From the NCBI RefSeq assembly GCF_030684315.1, contig NC_081387.1:10622822-10686821 (forward strand): a stretch of 64,000 nt of DNA, in the 5' to 3' direction. Within the stretch, counting starts at the first letter, position 1. Each line of letters starts with the position of its first letter. The stretch comes from Stegostoma tigrinum (Eukaryota). Positions 1-12,067 of the stretch are shown here, piece after piece. Under the pieces are notes generated by a model, which searched no databases, was not told the origin of the DNA, and worked only from the letters and a program-made list of their open reading frames with translations. Both the position numbers and the translations under genes were made by a program.

Positions 1-537
1 AACTAGGCAGGAGACTCACTGCAGATGCTCCAAATTAACTGATTAAAAATTATGAGTGATTTTCCATTTCACTTCATTTGTCCAACATATCGTTTTATCT
101 GAAATGCTCCTTCTTTACAAAACACACAGCTGTAAATGTAATTACAGTCAAAACTTATTTATCTTGTGCTTTAAAACTGTGAACTGCACATGAAGCTGGG
201 TGTCTGGAGTATCTTGAACTGTGGTACCAGTGTGGATATGTTATGTAGAACATTCCAAACAGCACCATGGTATGTTCCTTTACCACAGGAATGCAGCATC
301 TTCAGAGAGCAATTCACCACTGCCTTCTCCAGGGCAATTGGGAATACATAACAAAGGCTAGCCTATACAGCAACTACCACATTCCCAAAAGTAAATGATA
401 ATTCAAATTTGTGATCACCCTCAATCAATGAACTCCAACTAACTCTGATGTATAGTGAACGAAGTGATGAGCTTTTTAAATCCTCATGCACATAATGTCT
501 CCAATGACTCAGATACTAGAGTCTTGACATGTAAATT

Positions 538-762
538 AGAGATAGTGGGGATTGCAGATGCTGGAGAATCCGAGATAAAAAAATTGTGGAGCTGCATGAA
601 CACAGCAGGCCAAGCAGCATCTTAGGAGCGCAAAAGCTGACGTTTCTGGCCTAGACCCTTCATCTTTTCTGACGGGTTGAGGCCCAAAATGTCAGCTTTT
701 GTGCACCTAAGATGCTGCTTGGCCTGCTGTGTTCATCCAGCTCCACACTTTCTTATCTCTGA
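538..762. mobile_element. Palindromic Penelope-derived mini-element (family A, inverted pLTR pair, degenerate hammerhead cores)
   Basis: Inverted arms (gatgaacacagcaggccaagcagcatc...ctgacgtttc / gtcagcttttgtgc...gctgtgttcatc) match the 3' terminal repeat of the GIY-YIG element at 55157-56792. Confidence 0.8.
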
Positions 763-1544
763 TGTGTAAATATCTGGGAGCGAGCACACTTAAATTTGAA
801 TCTGAATCCATACTAAATAGCTTTCACCATCTCTCCTGGAAGCTTGTCCATAGCTTGTTCCCCTCATTCAGTGAAATCTTGAATCACCAGCTTTGTTTTG
901 CACATGGCCACCTTCAAGTTCAGATTGTGTCCTCTGGTGGGACTGCCCTGAGAGGCTGAGACGGTTGGCCATGGCCTGTGTTACGAGGTCGCCTTAGAAT
1001 TTTTGAAACAGCATGTGGCCAAATCACAGCCCACAATATACACAAGGTTGAGGAGGCTCAATGTGAACAATGCTGCGATCAGACTCAATCAAATCAAAGC
1101 TACAGGATAATGCAAGGAAAGTGCCATCAGAACAGGAGGGAAAATAACAGAATCACTGGAACAGGGAGAGAGACATTATAAATGTTCATCCAATCCCCAG
1201 ACTGGGTGTCTAGAAAATGTTCCTGCTCGGCAAATGCCTAAACAATCAGTTCGAGGATGTGAAAAATGAAATGATTGGAGATTCAACTGGAAACAATTCC
1301 ACTTGATTAAAATTTAAGCAGGACACATCAGGACCAAGTTATAAATAATGAATCAACCGCGTGTTGAAAGCTGGGTATGTTTGACCTTCAGATCAGCACA
1401 GAAACCATCTGAATATTTCTCAAACATCTTCCGCTGAAGCTTGTGTTTCTACATTCACCAATTTCTGACACTGATCGGCATTCAGGTGCTGGAATCACGA
1501 CTCGGAGCGTTTTGGAGAAATGACTCACGTGGTCAGCGGAGGGT

Positions 1545-1870
1545 TGCATTTCTGCAACATCGCCTCAGGACATCCCTAAGGTGTTCAAGAGCAACAAAGA
1601 AGTGTTTGGTCTTGAATTGTAGTTACTGCTGGAATGTATGAAACACGGCAGTCAATTTGTGCACACTGAGATCCCACAAACAGTGACATCGTCATGACCG
1701 GGCAACCTATTTTATCATGGATTCTTGGAGAAATAAATATTGGGAAGATCTCCGATATTGGAGAGGCAAGTGGAATCTTGTATAATCAACTTAGAGATAG
1801 GACAGGGTTTTGGTTTCACATTTCATCTCGATAATGTGACCCCTGATTGTGCAGCACCCCACCAGGCTTG
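1545..1870 (-). mobile_element. DeuSINE/SacSINE-like SINE remnant
   Basis: Similar to 14020-14300 and 25370-25600 (gcagccaatttgtgcac...cccacaaacag motif). Family assignment is from recollection of the consensus. Confidence 0.45.
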
Positions 1871-2063
1871 CAGCAACAAGTCGCTGTGATCTCCAACACT
1901 CCACCTGGAAGGTTGGGGTGAGCAGTTTCAATCATAACTTACAAAATGAAATTGGCCAAATACTTGAAGGGAGAAATAATCAGGGAGATCAGGAGTGTGG
2001 GTGCAAGGGAATTGTATTTTCAGGACAGATGCAATGGACTGAATAACCTCCATTTGTTCTCGA

Positions 2064-2355
2064 ATCATAGAATCTCTACAGTCCGGATATAGCCTGTTCA
2101 GCCCCTCACGTCTGTACTGACCCTCCAAAGAGAATGCCCACCCTACCCTGGCCCTGCATTTCCCATACCCACCTAGACTGCACATCCCCAAACACTACAG
2201 AAAATTTAGTGTACCCATTTTTGGACTGTGGGAGGAAACCACAGCACCCACAATAAACAGGCAGAATGTGCAAAACACATACAAACAGTTACATGAGCCT
2301 GGATCTTGAGCACTGTGAGTTAGCAGTGCTAACCACTGAGCCGCAGTGCCGCCAA
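2064..2355 (-). mobile_element. HE1-like V-SINE (tRNA-derived)
   Basis: Reverse complement begins ggcggcactgcggctcagtggttagcactgct (tRNA head, A box), then V-domain gggtgctgtggtttcctcccacagtccaaaa and a CR1-type tail. Confidence 0.85.
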
Positions 2356-4119
2356 ACTACGTGTTTATCCTGAAATGAAGCTATGAAACGCTTCACTTAT
2401 CTGACCCTCTTGAACCTATTTAATACCCCAGTTTCTCCTGAGCTGTCTTCTCTCGCTCATTCCAGTTCCACCAAACCAAATGATAACCCGTTCCTTGCAA
2501 GGGCCCAGCACCTTCCTCTTATTCAAGCAGCCAAGTTTAATTCCTTCATGGGGGAGATCACTGTATAAGAAAAACTATTCAGTGTAAGGTGAAGAGTCTC
2601 AATGAAGATGCTCGGCTAGTGGAAATAGAATCTGTTTCAAATTTATTGGAAGCATAATGACCGGAGGGAATTGAACTTTGTGTGAAACTTATTGCTGGAG
2701 ACTCCCAGCAATCATTGTGATAACTAGGTGCAGTGAGGCTCACAGGGATAGGTAGAAGGTGCTGGATAGCGGCTGTGACTTTCAGACAAGGACAGCTTAG
2801 ATATCAGAGAAGACATTGATGGGTGTGACTTAAGGCTACTATTTTCTGCCTTTCAAATTCCAAGAGCAGAATCCCTTCCTATCTGCTTTGTCTCGTCTCT
2901 TTTCAAACACACTCCTGTTGAGTGATATGTGCCTCAGATTCCCATCAACCCAATACCCAAATGTCACAGCTGTGATAAAACAGTGCAGCTTAGCAACATT
3001 GTCAAGCAGCATGGAGAGAGACAGAGCAAGAGAATTCTCTCTTTTCATCTAAACAAACCAGTCGAACAATTCCACTGGCATCATCTGTATTGGATCAGGG
3101 AATGACACAGCACAGGAGGTGGCTGTTCATTCCAATGTGTCTGTACTAGCCCTGTGACAGGGCTGTCTTTTATTCCAATTACTCTGTTAGAATTCCAGCT
3201 GCTGAGATGGAATGACAAATAAAGGGAATGAAGCCATTTCAGGGGTTAACTGTAAAGGTGACTGTGTCAATCTAGAGACTAGGTTCTTCTCTAAATAATC
3301 CACATAATTCACCTCTACAAAACATTACAGTTCTAATGCTAAGGACAATATATAGAGAGAAAACTTTCCTATTCCGTTCATCAGCTTGTAGCACAAGTCA
3401 TGTTATGTAAAATGATTATGAGGGAAACACAGTCTTTCTCACACACATTGCGACTCCCCTCTTACTCAAGCCCAGTTACGAATCCTGAAGAATATCCCTC
3501 CCATTGATCTCCTGTTTCAAAAGGTCTGATATTCCTGACATCCTTTCACCAGTTTCCAATCAGCATGAGGTTGACAAATGGAATTAAATCTCTTTCAATC
3601 AGCTGCCCCAGTCTAGTTTTGAAATTCTGGAAAGAGGGAGAGGAAGAAATCACAGAATCAAAGCTGCTTCCAGGGTTGAAGAGAGCAACTCATTGCCTCT
3701 AGAAATCAACCAGTTGGAGTCTCAGAGATACGAGGAAGAAAAAATTAAACTGGAATTGGGATTTTTGCAAAGCTTCCTCCTCCTCTTCCCCTCACACTAA
3801 TGAGAATTCTTTAGTGAGCTGGTGACTGGGGGATGAACATCGCCTACTCTGAGCTGGTGGAGTCCATGAAATGGAGGCACAGGAGTTTCTAGTGTTTCTA
3901 GGTGTTGAAGCAGCTGTTTGTTGAAGTGAGGGACATACAGTTATTACATTGTTGGCAGCTGTGCCTCCAATTGTGACGGCCATGACCTCAGAAATTTCCT
4001 CACTTAACCCTTCCACATCCCAACTCTTGGTTGTGGGGACAGTGAGAGGTTTTAGTGGGGTCAGTGAGGTGGGCCCAGTGACAAAGAGATGGCACCTAAA
4101 ATGTGACAACTCCTAAGTT

Positions 4120-4433
4120 GGTGGGTCCAGCGCAGGTGGTGGTGTGGTGATGGAGGCCTCTCTTTTAGTTACTGGAGGCTAGGTGCTGGCATAGGCTTGG
4201 TCGGAAAGACTGTTGTTCTGAACTTTTAATTTCTTTATTTTTCTAATTTATTCCTATGAGTTGTAATGCTGGACTTTTTATTTCTTTACTTTTCTAATGT
4301 CCTTTAACCTAAGAATTTCTCCTGAATAATTTATATCTTGGCACCTAACGTGGCACTGTAAGGTGGCACAGGGTAAACTTTTCACTATACTCAATTGAGT
4401 TTGTGTGACATTAAAGCTAATTCAATTCAATTC
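4120..4433 (+). mobile_element. SINE/LINE 3' end with Rex1-like tail
   Basis: Ends ttttcactatac...gtgacattaaagctaattcaattcaattc (ATTCA microsatellite tail). Confidence 0.4.
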
Positions 4434-4609
4434 TCTCTCCTCCTTGGATAAAACAAAAATCTAGCCCAACCTTTTGGCCATCTACGCTAATACCTCCCCA
4501 ATGTGGCTCAACCTTAAGTTGAAATTGTCAGGCACCTTGGGATATGTTATTGTTTTCATGGTGCTAAATCAATGCAAGTTTTTGTCAGTATTCTACATTT
4601 AACAAAGTC

Positions 4610-5530
4610 AGAGAATTAGACAGTACATCCCTGCAGTCCATCAAATCTGCACTGACAGTAATCTACTGTAAATCTACACCAGTCCCACTTTCTAGCACAT
4701 GACACATAGTTTTCAAGTGCTCATTCAAGTACTTTTAAAAGGTTGTGAGGTTTCCCCCTCTACAACCCTCCCAGGCAGTGCATTCAATTCACCTCACCCT
4801 CTGTGTGAAACATTGTTCTCCTCCAATCCCCTTTCACCTTAAAATTATGTGCGCTCGTTATTGACACTTCAACTAAGGGAGCAGCTGCTTTCTATCCACA
4901 CTGTCCATGCCCCTTTTACACCATTATCAGATCCCCTCTCAGTCTTCTCTGCTCTAAAGAAAACAACCCGAGTTTATTCAGCCTCTCTTTGTGGCTAAGC
5001 TGTTCAGTCCCAGGCAATATCCTGATGAATCACCTTTGCAACCCCTCCAGTGCAATCAACTGTTAACAGAATACAATATTGAGGCTGAAATCTCTCTGCT
5101 GCCTCCTGCAAAGGCAGAACCTTTGATGCTATCCAGCGGAAGTTTCTTAAGGCAGGGATGAATAAAAAGACTGCGAGATTTCTACAAAGAGTTTGTAGAT
5201 TTGAACATAGGACAATATAGCACAGCACAGACTCTTTGGCCCTCGATGTTGTGCCGACCTATTATACTACTTTGAGCAATCTACCCTGCATACCCTACAT
5301 TTCACTATCCTCCACATGCCTATCCAAGAGTCGCTAGAAAGCCTCTAGATTATCTGACTCCATTACCACTGCCGGCAGTGCATTCCACAAGCCCACCACT
5401 CTCTGTCAAGAGAACCTACCCGTGACATCTCCCCATACCTTCCTCCAATCACCTTAAAATTATGTCCTGTCATAATAATCATTTCTGCCCTGGGAAAAAA
5501 AGTCTCTGACTGTCCACTCAATTTATGCCT
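4610..5530 (-). mobile_element. CR1 LINE 3' fragments (two copies)
   Basis: CR1 3' motifs on the minus strand (ccaggcagtgcattc, cccctttcaccttaaa, tcagcctctc; gaacataggacaatatagcacagcacag tail). Confidence 0.75.
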
Positions 5531-5949
5531 CATTTGAGGGGATGTTCATTATTCTCTGGAGGGAGAGGGGCTCAGTCCATGAGTACAACTCTCAAATGCA
5601 ATATCATCTCCTTGTTCAGATCTGGAGATATTTTCCAGGACAGAAGCTTTGCAGATCTAGGTAGCTGCTATGGCGAAAGGAACAGAGGAACTTCCAGAAG
5701 CAGTCTCAGAGAGTGCAAGAGAACCTCAACAGGCCTGGGAGCATCTGTCGAAAGAGAAGCAGAATTAATATTTTGCGTCTGGTATGATGCCTCACCTGCA
5801 GCACTTTGATTTTGTTAAGGACGTTTTCTGGATATTTTCTAGCTCTGTCCAGATATTTCACCTCATACACTGCCTCAATGAATAAACGGCCATTCTAGGT
5901 CTAATCTGGAGAGGGATTGAATAAGCTCCATCGCTCTGGAGCAAAGAAA

Positions 5950-6500
5950 AATGCCAAAGGAACAGAAAGTGGGAATTGAAGTTAAGGGGAGAGGGACAGA
6001 ATAGAAAGGAAGGGAAAAGGCGATGAGGATGGAAGAGGGACAGAAGGACAGAATGAAGACATGATGGTGAAGGGAGAAAAAGAGGGAATATAGGTACCAG
6101 AGAGGGGAGGACATGAGCAGGGTAAAAAACAGAGAAGAGAGAATAAATAGATGTTTGAGAGGACAGGAGGGAAGGACAAGTGTGGTTTAAAGACAAGAGG
6201 GAGTGTGGAAGCAGGAAACGGAGGAGGGAGTGAGGAGGGGGATTCAGAGGAGAAAGTGGGAAAGGGAGTAATGTGCCAGAGAGTGGGGAAGAGGTCATTC
6301 CAGGAGGAAGTATGGAAGGGGGAATCAGAGGAGGGAGTGGGGAAGGGGGAATGAAGATGGAGTGGGGCTCAAAGGGAGGGAGTGGGGAAGGGGACGAATC
6401 ATTGGAGGGAGTGGGAGAGGTTAATTAGAAGGAGCGGGGAAGGGAGTTAATTGTGGCAGAATGGAGGAGGGAAAGTGGAGCTGAGAAAGATGTTAGTGAG
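5950..6500 (+). repeat. Purine-rich (GA) low-complexity tract
   Basis: About 550 bp strongly enriched in G/A on the plus strand, with GGGA/GGAG runs. Confidence 0.85.
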
Positions 6501-6659
6501 GGACGTGCTGATTCTAACTGCTGAACTGTGATACATCTGGGGATAAGATTCCAGATCATCTTGTTAAACAGCAGTTTAATTATCCTCCTGAGATATTAAT
6601 GTACAGACTACGCTGGCTGTGAGCTCCGATATGTAAATATTTCGAGAGAAGGAATAAAA

Positions 6660-6830
6660 GACAGAGTGTGGTGAAGGGGCTGGTGTGTATGTGCATGCCT
6701 GTGTATATTTGTGACTGTGTCTGTGTGTGTGTGCCTGTGTTTGCTTGTGTCTGTATGTGTATGTTTGGGACTGTGTGTGTGCCTTGTTTGTGTATGCGGT
6801 ATATGTGCCTGTGTTTGTTGGCGGGCTGGT
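6660..6830 (+). repeat. Degenerate (GT)n microsatellite
   Basis: gtgtgt/gtgcct runs. Confidence 0.85.
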
Positions 6831-7011
6831 GTGGGAGGTGGTAGGGAGCAATGGCGTGGGGGAGGGAGGGAAGGCAGAAGGATGCAGGAGGAGATTTTTT
6901 TTCTTTCCTCAATGCCTTCCACGGAGAAACAAACTGTCGACAAGAAACAAAGCCCAGGGGTGCTGTTTAATCTACTCACTATTTGAGGAATGATCGGTGC
7001 ATGAATTTTCC

Positions 7012-7055
7012 ATGAGTTGTCCCACGGATAACCTTGAAAATTGCCATCACTTAAG
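7012..7055 (+). CDS. Candidate small peptide-precursor gene, coding exon 1 (MSCPTDNLENCHHL + AG, phase 2)
   Basis: ATG at 7012 and a consensus donor AAG|GTGAGT at 7055/7056. Phase is compatible with the exon at 21018. Confidence 0.4.
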
Positions 7056-7675
7056 GTGAGTCATTTGCTAACGGAACCCGATCATTACCAAAAAATAAAG
7101 AAATTAAAAGGCATGGAAAATGCAGAAAAAGCATAGAGTTTAAGCATTATGTTCGGGTCGACAAAAAGGAATCATAAAGCATTGTGGTTTCAACAGTTTA
7201 AAAATCCAATTAACTCAATCAAAATTTTCCATTATAATTATTATAATTGGAAGTAATATCAACTCCCAATGTGATTCTGCTCCTTGTCGTTGCTGAATTT
7301 GGGGAGAGACTTTGTGTGAATGTCATGATTCTGTGGCTGGGTTAATTTTCAAGAGAATTTGAATTCAACTCCCACTGGAATTTTCAGAATTTAGAATTCA
7401 GGTTCAGAAGTATGAAACAAAATCAGTAAAAATGACAGTGACTCTGTTCATTCTTGCAAAAATACTTCCCAGAAAGTTAAGCCGTGAACTGAAAGGAAGT
7501 AAATTTGGACATTTCTGTTCCAGCTTGCCTTAGTATTCTCTGCTCTACAGAAGCTCACCACATTAGAAGTGCACTGCAAGTCTGGAATTCATCAATAAGT
7601 ACAAATTGCGTCCAATAACTGCAGGACCCACAAAAGCAGTGGTAAGGGTATAATGTCATTAGGAAAGTAATCTAA

Positions 7676-7775
7676 AACAAAAATAGAAATTAATAGAAAA
7701 GCTCAGCAGGTCTGACAGCATCTGTGAAGAGAACTCAGAGTTAACATTTCGGGCCCAGTGATCCTTCCTCTGAAT
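7676..7775 (-). mobile_element. Penelope-derived short element (family B)
   Basis: aacaaaaatagaa...ctcagcaggtctgacagcatctgtg...gagttaacatttcgggccc; related copies near 5690, 12265, 22430, 23205, 45154 and 46720. Confidence 0.6.
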
Positions 7776-7789
7776 TGGAATCTAAACCA

Positions 7790-8090
7790 GTCATCTAAAA
7801 AACTCCAGGCTTACGTTTTAGGATTTTGTGTTGAATCCCACTGCAGCAGATGGCAAAATTTGAATTACATAAAAATAAACCTTGAATTAAAAATAGCCTA
7901 ATGGTGATTATGTAACCATTGTTCAATGCTGTAAAATCACGTCTGATTCACTGATTTCCTTCAGAGAAGGAAGTCTGCCTACACGTGACTCCAGACCCAC
8001 AGCAACGTGGTTGACTGTCTGGGCTATTAGGGACAGTCAATAAATAATGGCCCATCCTGTGATGTCTACATCCCATGAACATAAAATGAA
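7790..8090 (+). mobile_element. tRNA-derived SINE sharing a 3' tail with the LINE end at 8240-8470
   Basis: B-box-like gttgaatccc; body gatggcaaaatttgaattac...gtgactccagacccacagcaacgtggttgact. Related copies at 15520-15690, 21990-22330 (-) and 23740-24000. Confidence 0.65.
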
Positions 8091-8822
8091 AAACAAACCA
8101 TACAGCACATGAGGAAGATAATTGGCAGAAGAATCGAGAAATTTACATAATGAGTTACAATCTGGAACGATCCGTGGCAAAGGGCACTGAAATCAAATTC
8201 AAGAATAACTTTAAAAAGTAGAAAAATAACAATCAAACTAAAGTTCCCCTCCAACCCACTCAACATTCAGACTTAGAAATATGATGCAATTTCTCAGCGT
8301 CACTGGGTCAAACTATTAGAACTTTCCTCCTAATAGCATTTTGAAGACAACCAACGCCAAATGAACCGCAGACATTCATGAAGGCAGCTCACCACCATTT
8401 TCTCAAGGGCACCTAGGGCAATAAATGTTGGCCCAAACAGTCACAACCACATCCCGTGAAGCAATAAATAATGTCTCCAGACACCCCAGAAATGTTCTCA
8501 GTATGCAAGTGCAAAATGAGCATGCGCATTCACCCTGCCAGCACTGTCAGTGATGTCATTCCATTCCTTTCACTCACATTCATTGTGCTCATTTAGATGC
8601 CACAGTGTTTTAGGCTGACAAGGCATTTCACAAATTGTTCATGTGTATCCTTTGGGGGTGAGCATCGGGAGACTCAGACTGAAACAGAACAACTCATTCC
8701 TCATGCGATATGAATGAGTTAGTTTAATTGACACGTACCTGGCCCCAATGGTACATTAGCTATCCCAGTATGACTTAGGTTTATACACTTCAATTACTCC
8801 CCAGAATTAAGAGCTGGGATGG

Positions 8823-9160
8823 TCACAGAATCACGACACTGTGGAAGCAATCCATTTGGCCTGGGGGGACCCAGCCCAACACGCCGAAGAGCATCCCACC
8901 AAGACCTACCTCTCTCTGTAACCCCACATTCCCAAATGATAGCTCACCTAGCCTGCACAACCCTGGGCACTATGGGCAACTTAACATGGCCAGCCCACCT
9001 AACCCGCACATCGTTGGATTGTGGGATGAAACTGAGGAAACCCGTGCAGGCTCAGAAAAGAATATGAAAATTCCATGTAAACAGATGCCCAAGGCTCGAA
9101 CTGAACCCAGGTCCCCAGCCCTGTGAGTTGGCAGTGCTAACCACTGAGCCACCGTGCAAC
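8823..9160 (-). mobile_element. HE1-like V-SINE
   Basis: Reverse complement begins gcacggtggctcagtggttagcactgcc; V-domain and tail as in the other copies. Confidence 0.85.
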
Positions 9161-10124
9161 GCTAGTGATAACAACTTAGGGAGGCAAGTAATAAGGGGTT
9201 AATTTTCTACGCACTTCAATGTTGTCTCAGGTATTTCTCTTCACACACTGAGCTCTGTTTGAGAGTCAGTGTTATTGCTGAGTGCTGCACTAAATTTGAT
9301 GGCTTTTGGGACCATGTGGGTTAAGACAATTAGAAATGAATTAGTCTGAAGAACAGCTCACTATTAGTCAAATATGGTCAGGAAGCAAAACTGAGCATCA
9401 AAGGGAGAGAGAGTGGAGATCATGAATTATGAGTTGTTTGGGAGTTGAGTTCTTATTGAGCGGCAGAGACAGAGATCTTGAAAGATTTAAGGCAATGTTA
9501 ACATATTCTTTGCTGTTCTGATGAGCTGCTTTAAACAGATTATTGAGGGTCATCTGGGGTCAGATTAAAGCAATTCAGTATCACCGACTACCTCTGAGCT
9601 GTGATATATCAGATGGTGAATGCCAGCTGTTTCATTTTAATGGAGGGATGGTTACCAGAAGTAATGTGAAAAGATTTAATCCTCAATTTGCCTGCAGCTG
9701 CCTTCACTCCGTTGAAGTTTTTCAGGTTGGAAACCCAACAGCAAGTTGGCAAGGACCCTTCAAGCTCATTGTGGAAGAACAAGGGAAGCAGGAATAGGAG
9801 AAGGCACTGGACAGAGTCTTCCCAGCTCATCATTGTCATGGGAATTAGAGAGTCAGTTGGAAAACCAGGCTGAGATCAGTGGCAATGGAAATCTTGATAT
9901 CAAGAACAAAATGTCTGATTTTCCAAGTTTTGAAAGACAGGATAAGAATCTTACTAGCATGTGGTAAGAGGCCAATTTGAATTGATTTCCATGTAATGGC
10001 TTGCCATTAGTACCTAACTGTGCCTCATTAGCTTGCAATGTCCTCTTCTCCCAAGTACCAGATAGAAACTACACAATGACAATTCCTGGCATGACAGTCA
10101 AAGCCAGGATAGTTGGTGAATTGG

Positions 10125-10445
10125 GTTGGTATGGTGGCTTAGTGCTAAGTACTGTTGCCTCACAGTGCCAGGGACTTGGGTTTGATTCCAGCCTCAGGTG
10201 ACTGACTCCATGGAGTGCATTGTTGCCTGTGGGTTTCCTCTGGGTGCTCTGGATTCCCCCCGCAGTCTGAAAACGTGTACATTAGGTGATATGGTTATGC
10301 TAAATTGCCTCATCGTGTTCAAGGATGTGTAGGCTAGGTGGATTAACCATGCTGAATGCAAGGAGGAGTGCATCTGGGAGAATAAGACTCTTTGAAAGAT
10401 CAGTGCAAACTCGATGAGCTGAATGGCCACTATCTGCACTGTTTG
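10125..10445 (+). mobile_element. HE1-like V-SINE
   Basis: ggtggcttagtgctaagtactgttgcctcacagtgccagggacttgggtttgattccagcc...gggtttcctctgggtgctctgg. Confidence 0.8.
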
Positions 10446-11315
10446 TGTTCTACATCTTCAGATCGTACTTTGCTCCTTGGGTCTCCACCTTGTGCATTTT
10501 CAACTGTCTGCAATAAAAACACCTTACCCCCAATTAAGGACATGTGCAGAAGATATGCACCAGCATCATCACACTCTCCTGACAACAGTCAACTCCACTT
10601 GCAGCACAGATTTGCAGTTTGGAACACTCCTCTCATTGCAATGTTGTTGCTAGGGCATTTTTCACACAGTGTCAAAACCCAACAGATAATGGGTGTGTCA
10701 CTTGCTCTCTCAAGACTAGATCATTTTGCATCTGGACGCTCCCATCATCTCTGCCTTGCCATGCCTTTCTTGTGCTTTGGCCTCTCCAGCAGAGGTCAAG
10801 GGTTCACAGTTACTTCTGTCTTGCCTTGTTACTTGCAAAAGACACTAAGTTGGCCTTGGTTGTCAGCAGCAACCCATCAAGCGGGTGGATATGTGGCTGC
10901 ACGGCAATATCTCTCACAAGCAGCATGTGCCAGTGTCACAAGTTACAATGCACTGTTCATACTTCAACCAAGTAGCCAGGTGTTACATTCTACAGGGCGT
11001 AGTCCTCAGTCAGGCCGAGGGGGGCAGACTTCATGGTGCAGTAATTAAGAGCACAATCTGCCTTGTTTTTCTCAGTCACAAATGACCACTCCTAATGGAA
11101 AATTGTTGCACTCACACCCAGAGGGCCTGTTTATGTTTTTTTTTCCCTTCTGTCTCTGTATGCAGTCTTTTCTTGTAAATGATGTGACCCTTGTAGTGTT
11201 GGGCAGAAAAATGATGCCTCCAAACCAGAAAACCCAATGTTAGTTGGCCATGAAAATGACCAATTGAAGCAAAGAGGAAAAAAAAACGTGAAAATAGGCC
11301 TGGTGTGACCAACAG

Positions 11316-11554
11316 AGATAATAGGAACTGCAGATGCTGGAGAATCCAAGATAACAAAGTGTGAAGCTGGATGAACACAGCAGGCCAAGCAGCATCTTAG
11401 GAGCATAAAAGCTGATGCTTCAGGCCTGGACCCTTCATCAGAGATATGGCTTGTTACATCAGAGATGAAGGGTCTAGGCCCGAAACGTCAGCTTTTGTGC
11501 TCTTAAGATGCTGCTTGGCCTGCTGTGTTCATCCAGCTTCACGCTTTGTTATCA
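11316..11554. mobile_element. Palindromic Penelope-derived mini-element (family A) with ~16 bp TSD
   Basis: TSD ctggtgtgac(c/a)aacag at 11300-11315 and 11555-11570; inverted arms. Confidence 0.85.
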
Positions 11555-11850
11555 CTGGTGTGACAAACAGCCTGCTTTGACGGACAGGTAATTCCATCAC
11601 TTCAATTGTTGTTGATTGTTCAAGGGAAACATTCTTGCAAGGCACGGCAGTGATGATGGGATCATCTTGCTACAAAATGGTGACCAGTTTCGTAACATTG
11701 GGACCACGGACACTCACTGTCGAACTGGGGATCGTGAGGCTGATGCAGTGGAATCTGAGATAGAGCTCCAAGTCCCAACCATCCAAAGTTTCTATGAGAG
11801 GTCAGTGACTCTCATTAATTTGCAGATATATAAGGTAATTTGAGCTAATA

Positions 11851-12067
11851 AAATGTGAGGCTGGATGAACACAGCAGGCCAAGCAGCATCTCAGGAGCAC
11901 AAAAGCTGATGTTTCGGGCCTAGACCCTTCATCAGACTCTCTGATGAACGGTCTAGGCCCGAAACGTCAGCTTTTGTGCTCCTGAGATGCTGCTTGGCCT
12001 GCTGTGTTCATCCAGCCTCACATTTTATTATCTTGGAATCTCCAGCATCTGCAGTTCCCATTATCTC
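11851..12067. mobile_element. Palindromic Penelope-derived mini-element (family A) with up to 18 bp TSD
   Basis: Direct repeat aggtaatttgagctaata at 11833-11850 and 12068-12085; hammerhead cores on both strands (CTGATGA at 11941 +, and at about 11907-11935 -). Confidence 0.9.

Noticed and set aside
5858-6993. Several Leu/Pro/Ser- or Cys/Val-rich ORFs
   Set aside because: Low-complexity GA and GT tracts.
10392-11048. 218-aa plus-strand ORF
   Set aside because: It starts in a SINE tail at a TTG, has no recognisable domain, and overlaps probable transposon remnants on the other strand.
11616-11843. Possible extra exons of the candidate peptide gene (AG/GT pairs at about 11624-11790 and 12588-12617)
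   Set aside because: Weak splice context inside a probable Harbinger remnant; cannot be supported without RNA data.
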